Below are positions 56,990-64,000 of a stretch of 64,000 nt of DNA, piece by piece. Position numbers and translations under genes: made by a program. The first letter of the stretch is position 1. Each line of letters opens with the position of its first letter. Below the pieces are notes generated by a model, which worked only from the letters and a program-made list of their open reading frames with translations, had not been told where the DNA came from and did no database searches. Source of the DNA: Eledone cirrhosa (taxonomy: Eukaryota); the NCBI GenBank assembly GCA_964016885.1, contig OZ024742.1, positions 130,386,001 to 130,450,000 on the forward strand, in the 5' to 3' direction.

Positions 56990-58630
56990 CTGTTGTGGTG
57001 GTGGTGGTAGTAGTGGAGGTGATAGTGGTTGTGGTAGTGGTGGTGGTGGTGGTAGTAGTGGAGGTGATAGTGGTTGTGGTAGTGGTGGTGGTGGTGGTAG
57101 TAGTGGAGGTGATAGTGGTTGTGGTAGTGGTGGTGGTGGTGGTGGTAGTAGTGGAGGTGATAGTGGTTGTGGTAGTGGTGGTGGTGGTAGTAGTGGAGGT
57201 GATAGTGGTAGTGGTGGTGGTGGTGGTGGTAGTAGTGGAGGTAATAGTGGTTGTGGTAGTGGTGGTGGTGGTGGTAGTAGTGGAGGTGATAGTGGTTGTG
57301 GTAGTGGTGGTGGTGGTAGTAGTGGAGGTAATAGTGGTTGTGGTAGTGGTGGTGGTGGTGGTAGTAGTGGAGGTGATAGTGGTTGTGGTAGTGGTGGTGG
57401 TGGTGGTAGTAGTGGAGGTGATAGTGGTTGTGGTAGTGGTGGTGGTGGTGGTAGTAGTGGAGGTGATAGTGGTTGTGGTAGTGGTGGTGGTGGTAGTAGT
57501 GGAGGTGATAGTGGTTGTGGTAGTGGTGGTGGTGGTAGTAGTGGAGGTGATAGTGGTTGTGGTAGTGGTGGTGGTGGTAGTAGTGGAGGTGATAGTGGTT
57601 GTGGTAGTGGTGGTGGTGGTGGTAGTGGAGGTGATAGTGGTAGTGGTGGTGGTGGTGGTGGTAGTAGTGGAGGTGAGAGTGGTTGTGGTGGTGGTGGTAG
57701 TAGTGGAGGTGATAGTGGTTGTGGTAGTGGAGGTAGTGGTTGTGGTAGTAGTGGAGGTAATAGTGGTTGTGGTAGTGGTGGTGGTGGTGGTGGTAGTAGT
57801 GGAGGTGATTGTGGTAGTGGTGGTGGTGGTAGTAGTAGTGGAGGTGATAGTGGTTGTGGTAGTGGTGGTGGTGGTGGTAGTAGTGGAGGTGATAGTGGTT
57901 GTGGTAGTGGTGGTAGTGGTAGTAGTGGAGGCGATAGTGGTTGTGGTAATGTTGGTGGTGGTGGTAGTAGTGTAGGTGATAGTGGATGTGGTAGTGGTGG
58001 TGGTGGTAGTAGTGGAGGTGATAGTGGTTGTGGTAGTGGTGGTGGTGGTAGTAGTAGTGGAGGTGATAGTTTTTGTGGTAGTGGTGGTGGTGGTGGTAGT
58101 AGTGGAGGTGATAGTGGTTGTGGTAGTGGTGGTGGTGGTGGTAGTAGTAGTGGTGATAGTGGTTCTGGTAGTGGTGGTGGTGGTGGTAGTATTGGAGGTG
58201 ATAGTGGTTGTGGTAGTGGTAGTAGTAGTGGAGGTGATAGTGTTTGTGGTGGTGGTAGTAGTAGTGGTGGTGATAGTGGTTGTGGTAGTGGTGGTGGTGG
58301 TAGTAGTGCAGGTGATAGTGGTTGTGGTAGTGGTGGTGGTGGTGGTGGTAGTAGTGGAGGTGATAGTGGTTGTGGTAGTGGTGGTGGTAGTAGTAGTGGT
58401 GATAGTGGTTCTGATAGTGGTGGTGGTGGTGGTAGTATTGGTGGTGATAGTGGTTGTGGTAGTGGTGGTAGTGGTGGAGGTGATAGTGGTTGTGGTGGTG
58501 GTGGTAGTAGTAGTGGTGGTGATAGTGGTTGTGGTGATGTTGGTGGTGGCAGTAGTAGTGGTGGTTGTGGTAGTAGTAGTGGTGATGTTGGTGGTGGCAG
58601 TGGTAGTGGTGGTTGTGGTAGTTGTGGTGA
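56990..58630. repeat. ~45-bp G-rich minisatellite (AGTAGTGGAGGTGATAGTGGTTGTGGTAGT(GGT)n)
   Basis: Directly visible. Confidence 0.95.
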
Positions 58631-58754
58631 GGACATTTAATTACAACCTATCTATCACAGTGTCGGACTAGCGATGATGCTGGCCATTGACGTTGCTATG
58701 GAGACGTCAGCAGAAATATTGTAGCTTTATGACGATGACGATGACACTGACAAT

Positions 58755-60400
58755 GAGGATGGTGGTGGTGATGGTGATGGTGGTGATGGTGGTGGTGGTG
58801 GTGATGGAGGTGGTGATGGTGGTGGTGGTGGTGGTGATGGAGGTGGTGATGGTGGTGGTGGTGGCGATGGTGGTGGTGGTGGTGGTGATGGTGGTGGTGT
58901 TGGTGTTGGTGGTGATGGTGGTGATGGTGGTGATGGTGGTGGTGGTGGTGGTGATGGTCGTGGTGATGGTGGTGATGGTGGTGGTGATGGTGGTGGTGAT
59001 GGTGGAGGTGGTGGTGGTGGTGGTGGTGATGGTGGTGGTGATGGTGGAGGTGGTGGTGGTGATGGTGGTGGTGATGGTGGAGGTGGTGGTGGTGGTGGTG
59101 GTGATGGTGGTGGTGATGGTGGTTGTGGTGGTGGTGGTGGTGGTGGCGATGGTGGTGGTGGTGGTGATGGTGGTGGTGTTGGTGTTGGTGGTGATGGTGG
59201 TGATGGTGGTGGTGTTGGTGGTGATGGTGGTGGTGGTGATGGTGGTGGTGGTGGTGGTGGTGGCGATGGTGGTGGTGGTGGTGGTGGTGGTGATGGTGGT
59301 GGTGTTGGTGTTGGTGGTGATGGTGGTCATGGTGGTGGTGGTGGTCATGGTGGTGGTGATGGTGGTGGTGATGGTGGTGGTGGTGGTGATGGTGGTGGTG
59401 GTGATGGTGGTGGTGGTGGTGGTGGTGGCGATGGTGGTGGTGGTGGTGGTGGTGATGGTGGTGATGGTGGTGGTGGTGGTGGTGGTGATGGTGGTGATGG
59501 TGGTGATGATGGTGGTGGTGGTGGTGGTGGTGATGGTGGTGGTGATGGTGGTGGTGGTGATGGTGGTGATGGTGGTGATGGTGGTGGTGATGGTGGTGGT
59601 CGTGGTGGTGGTGTTGGTGGTGATCCTGGTGGTGGTGGTGATGGTGGTGGTGATGGTGGTGGTGGTGGTGATGGTGGTGGTGATGGTGGTGGTGTGGTGG
59701 TGGTGGTGGTGGCGATGGTGGTGATCGTGGTGGTGGTGGTGGTGATGATGGTGATGGTGGTGATGGTGGTGATGGTGGTGATGGTGATGGTGGTGATGGT
59801 GGTGGTGGTGGTGGTAATGGTGGTGATGGTGGTGATGGTGGTGGTGGTGGTGGTGGTGATGGTGGTGGCGATGGTGGTGATGGTGGTGATGGTGGTGATG
59901 GTGGTGGTGGTGATGGTGGTGATGGTGGTGGTGGTAGTGATGGTGGTGATGGTGGTGGTGATGGTGGTGGTGGTGGTGGTGGTGGTGGCGATGGTAGTGA
60001 TGCTGGTGGTGGTGGTGGTGGTGATGGCGGTGGTGGTGGTGGTGATTGTGGTGGTGGTGGTGGTGGTGGTGATGGTGGTTGTGGTGGTGGTGGTGGTGGT
60101 GATGGTGGTGATGGTGATAGTGGTGGTGGTGGTGATGGTGGTGATGGTGGTGGTGGTGGTGATGGTGGTGGTGGTGGTGGTGGTGAAGATGACACTGACA
60201 AAGTCGACGACGGCAACGACGGAGATGAAGATGATGTTGGTGTTGAAAATGATGATGGTCATGATGATGATGATAATAATGATGATGTTTATGATGATGA
60301 TGATGATGATCATGATCATGATGTTGATGACGATGCTGTTGCTGCTGCTGATGATGATGATGATAACAATGACATTGATGAGAGTAGCAATGATATTGAT
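58755..60400. repeat. (GGT/GAT)n trinucleotide array
   Basis: Directly visible. Confidence 0.95.
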
Positions 60401-60409
60401 AATGATACA

Positions 60410-60878
60410 TTTTGGAGAGAAGGGGAAATCAATTATATCGACCCTAGTACATTACTGCTACTTTAGTTTATCCACTTCGGAAGGAAAGTAAAGTTGACCT
60501 CGGCGGGATCTGAGTAGATACCGCAAGGTATTTGTTCTATGCTCAAACAACACTGTCAATACACCACCCTTAATAATAATAATAATAATAATAATTGTTT
60601 CTACTTTTGGCACAAGGCCAGCAATTGACCCAGTACATTACTGGTACTTTATTTTATCGACCCCGTAAGGATGAAAGCCAAAGTTAACCTCGGCGGGATT
60701 TGAACTCAGACCATAAAGGGCCGTAACTCTTTGCTACAAAGCATGGCTTCTGACCCTCTACCGATACTGCCAATCCACTGGTTTCTAATTTCAGCAGGCT
60801 GCAAATTCAGACTGCAAAGGGCCATAACTCTTTGCTGCAAAGCATGGCGTCCGACACTCTACCGATACTGTCAATCCA
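60410..60878 (-). mobile_element. SINE cluster (old copy, younger copy with (ATT)n tail, duplicated head)
   Basis: SINE cores; (TAA)n at 60571-60595. Confidence 0.85.
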
Positions 60879-61111
60879 CATCAGCAACAGATATTAAGGG
60901 AAGTTAATGTGAAATAGAAGAAAGGAAAGTGTCAGAATTATATATCTATAATATAAAGCTGACGGCCGTATGTATGTAACAAACCTTTCGTCAAACGGCT
61001 GGACCAAACAGCACCAAATTTGCACCATAGATGTAACCTTTTCCAAGTAAAAAAGTGAGGGTATTTTTGTCTACTGAATTTTGTTAAAAGATTAAAGACA
61101 TTTAAATATTC

Positions 61112-61276
61112 ATCAACAAAGCTCAGAGTCAAACCCTTCATCTGGGAAAACCATGCTTCTCCCATGGTCAATTGTATGTAGGATGTTCTAGGGTGAGCTC
61201 GCCAAACAATCTCTTCATCTTTGCTCCCTTGAGCCGAACAAAAAATATTGTATACTCTGAGGCTCTAACAATGTAA
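61112..61276 (+). pseudogene. Helitron PIF1 helicase C-terminal fragment
   Basis: INKAQSQTL..PCFSHGQLYVGCSRV..TKNIVYSEAL*. Confidence 0.85.
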
Positions 61277-61837
61277 TTTATGTATTTTCTGTTACTTGGA
61301 ATTTCCATTATGGTTGTACAAATTATTGTAAAGTTTGTTAAAAAATTTGTTTTCTGTTCAGTCTTTATTGTTGTAACTATCAAATTTCTTTCACGTACTA
61401 GCTGCTGAACTGGGGATTCCTAAAAAACCCAACATCAGAGTACGTTAACTATATTACATAAATACGTCAGCAATGAGAACAATATTTGCTCAAGAGTTCT
61501 TATATATTTGATATATATTTTTTGTCTTCTAAATTTCGTTAAAAGATTAAAGATATTTTATCGTTTATTTAAATATACAGTTCTTTAAAAAATTTAAATG
61601 TCAACACTTCCGATTATACGACATTCCTCTCTCTTTCTTAGTCTGTCTTTTTAGATAGATACATAGCTATAACGTCGCGCCCTTATAATATGTCTCTGTA
61701 TGTCTGACTGTCTGCATTAGATACATAGCTATAACTTGGAAAAAGTTACATCTATGGTGCAAATTTGGTGCTTTTTGGTCCAGCCGTTTGGCGAAAAGTT
61801 TGTTACATACATACGGCCGTCAGTTTTAAAATATAGA

Positions 61838-62016
61838 TAGTATAGTAATACTGCTGAAAATATATAGTATTACTGTTGAAAATATATAGTACAGTATAAC
61901 TGTTGAAAATATATAGTATAGTATTACTGTTGAAAATATATAGTATAGTATGATTGTTGAATACATATAGTATTACTGTCGAAAATATATAGTACAGTAT
62001 TACTGTTGAAAATATG
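61838..62016. repeat. ~22-27-bp AT-rich minisatellite
   Basis: TATAGTATTACTGTTGAAAATA repeated. Confidence 0.85.
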
Positions 62017-62403
62017 TACACGAATATATAATTATATATATATATAATTAATTAAAAGTTGGTTAGAAGCGAAGTCAATGCAGACAGGCAGCTAGACAGA
62101 GAGATATTATAAGGGCGCAACGTTATAGCTATGTATCTATCTAAAAAGACAGAGGAACGTCGTATTATATATATTATATATAATAAAGTACCAGTAATGT
62201 ACTGAGATAATTGCTGGCCTTGTGCCAAAAGTAGAAACAATTATACTTCTTTTTTATACAACTGTAAATAACATGTTTATGTATGTATATATACGTATAT
62301 ATACGTATAAAGGAATGCTGTAATAAAATGTACAAATTAAACTGTTTCTTATTTATGATACTAACACTATATATATATAAACGATATATATGTATACACA
62401 CAC

Positions 62404-62508
<105 letters not shown>

Positions 62509-62826
62509 ATAGCGAAGCCAATGTACAGAATGGTTTTCGTAATGCAGACAGCCAGACATACAGACAGATATTATAAGGGCGCGACAGAGTAAGAAAGAGA
62601 GAGGAATGTTATATAACGCAAGTGTTGACATCTGAAATTTTTAAAGAAGTGAATATTTAAATAAACAATAAAATATCTTTAATCTTTTAACTAAATTTAG
62701 TAGACAAAAATACCCTCACTTTCTTACTTGGAAAAAGTTACATATATGGTGCATATTTGGTGCTGTTTGATCCAGCCGTTTAGCGAACGAAAAATGTGTT
62801 ACATACATACGGCCGTCAGCTTTATA

Positions 62827-62950
<124 letters not shown>

Positions 62951-63021
62951 TAGATATCCTCACTGAACTTATAACATTAAGTTCACATGAAGATATGTCA
63001 CTATCTTAACACCAATTATTA

Positions 63022-63088
63022 TATTTTATCTGACGAAAGCATACTTAAATATTAGTATTAGTACCCTTGAAATACGTATAATAAAATA
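63022..63088 (+). ncRNA. Minimal type I hammerhead ribozyme, family 2
   Basis: TATTTTAT-CTGACGA-AAG..CTT-GAAA-TACGTA-TA-ATAAAATA: 8-bp stem I, palindromic stem III (ATACGTAT), AUA site. Confidence 0.75.
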
Positions 63089-63221
63089 AATATGGTTTTA
63101 TAAAGATATTTTCCATTTATTAATATTATTGATATTAATGATACTCCGGATAAAACTGTTGAGTGCTTCTAATCTGTCTGTTGTAAAATTAACTTTGAGG
63201 AATAATCAACAAACCAAATAA

Positions 63222-63260
<39 letters not shown>

Positions 63261-63541
63261 CATAAAATATGTCTTTAGAATCACTAGATATAATATATAC
63301 CATTTCCTCTCCCAATTAGTATAATTAACCATATAAAAAATCAATTAGACCAAGCTATAAGAATAAAGGCTCCTATGAAGAAATCTCCGACAAATAACCG
63401 AAAGCAGCCCCTTCGCGGTGGCTACAATAGATTATTTATCTAACATTTCGACAGCATTTAAAAATCGACCAGATATACAGTCAACTAAACACAACTAGGT
63501 GTAAAATTGAACTTAGAAGAATTGCGTACATACCTAATTAC

Positions 63542-63615
63542 CTCTACCATGGTTTCATCCGTATTTTAAGACATCCGATAACAAGGAATGTCCAGAGCGT
63601 CGGAATCATCAGGAG
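63542..63615 (-). ncRNA. Type I hammerhead, family 3, extended stem II
   Basis: Minus: CTC-CTGATGA-T-TCCG..(GACATTC/GGATGTC hairpin)..CGGA-T-GAAA-CCATGG-TA-GAG; palindromic stem III, GUA site. Confidence 0.65.
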
Positions 63616-63751
63616 CGAGCTCAAAATAAGACATTTAATTTTCCAAAGTGATCGCGCCAAAAATACATTCATATATATATATATAAATGTAATCTGAGTT
63701 TTTCGAATATTAATAATAACATTCGATTCGTTTGCAATTGTGCAAAGAAGC

Positions 63752-63784
<33 letters not shown>

Positions 63785-64000
63785 CACACACACACATCAC
63801 AACACAACCTGATCTCAATTTGACAATCGTTACCGACGAATGCGAGAAAGTTCTCCAGGAAAGTTAACTAGGAATTTTTAAAAATCTTCCCACCGAAGTT
63901 AACAAAGAACTTACTAGATCTACCAACTCATAATATTATAATATTATAAAATAAATTAAATCAAATTGTTTAGAACTACAAGTGAAGTCATTCTTTTCCT

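Noticed and set aside
54836-60491. Long poly-Val/His/Pro/Gly ORFs, including a loricrin-like 566-aa frame
   Set aside because: Trinucleotide minisatellite artefacts; non-ATG start; frameshifts at G runs

Overview
Repeat-saturated, AT-rich animal genomic DNA, most likely an octopod cephalopod. That is an inference from an abundant tRNA-derived SINE carrying GCCTTTCATCCTTACGGGGTCGATAAA and very high (TA)n/(CA)n/(GATA)n density. No intact host gene is recognisable. Contents: five decayed Tx1/L1-clade LINEs, all ending at (TATC)n; about 20 SINE copies or fragments; a DD36E Tc1-like transposon; hAT, mariner, Tigger, Helitron, RTE and Penelope remnants; minisatellites; and kb-scale (GGT/CCA)n arrays. 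Most notable signals: (1) several families of minimal type I hammerhead ribozymes, including a 372-bp inverted-repeat element with a hammerhead on each strand; (2) a Tx1-like LINE family that appears to target (TATC)n, with a TSD, head-to-tail tandems, covarying 3'UTR hairpins and a conserved splice donor at the ORF1 stop. Most other ORFs in the track are microsatellite or antisense artefacts.
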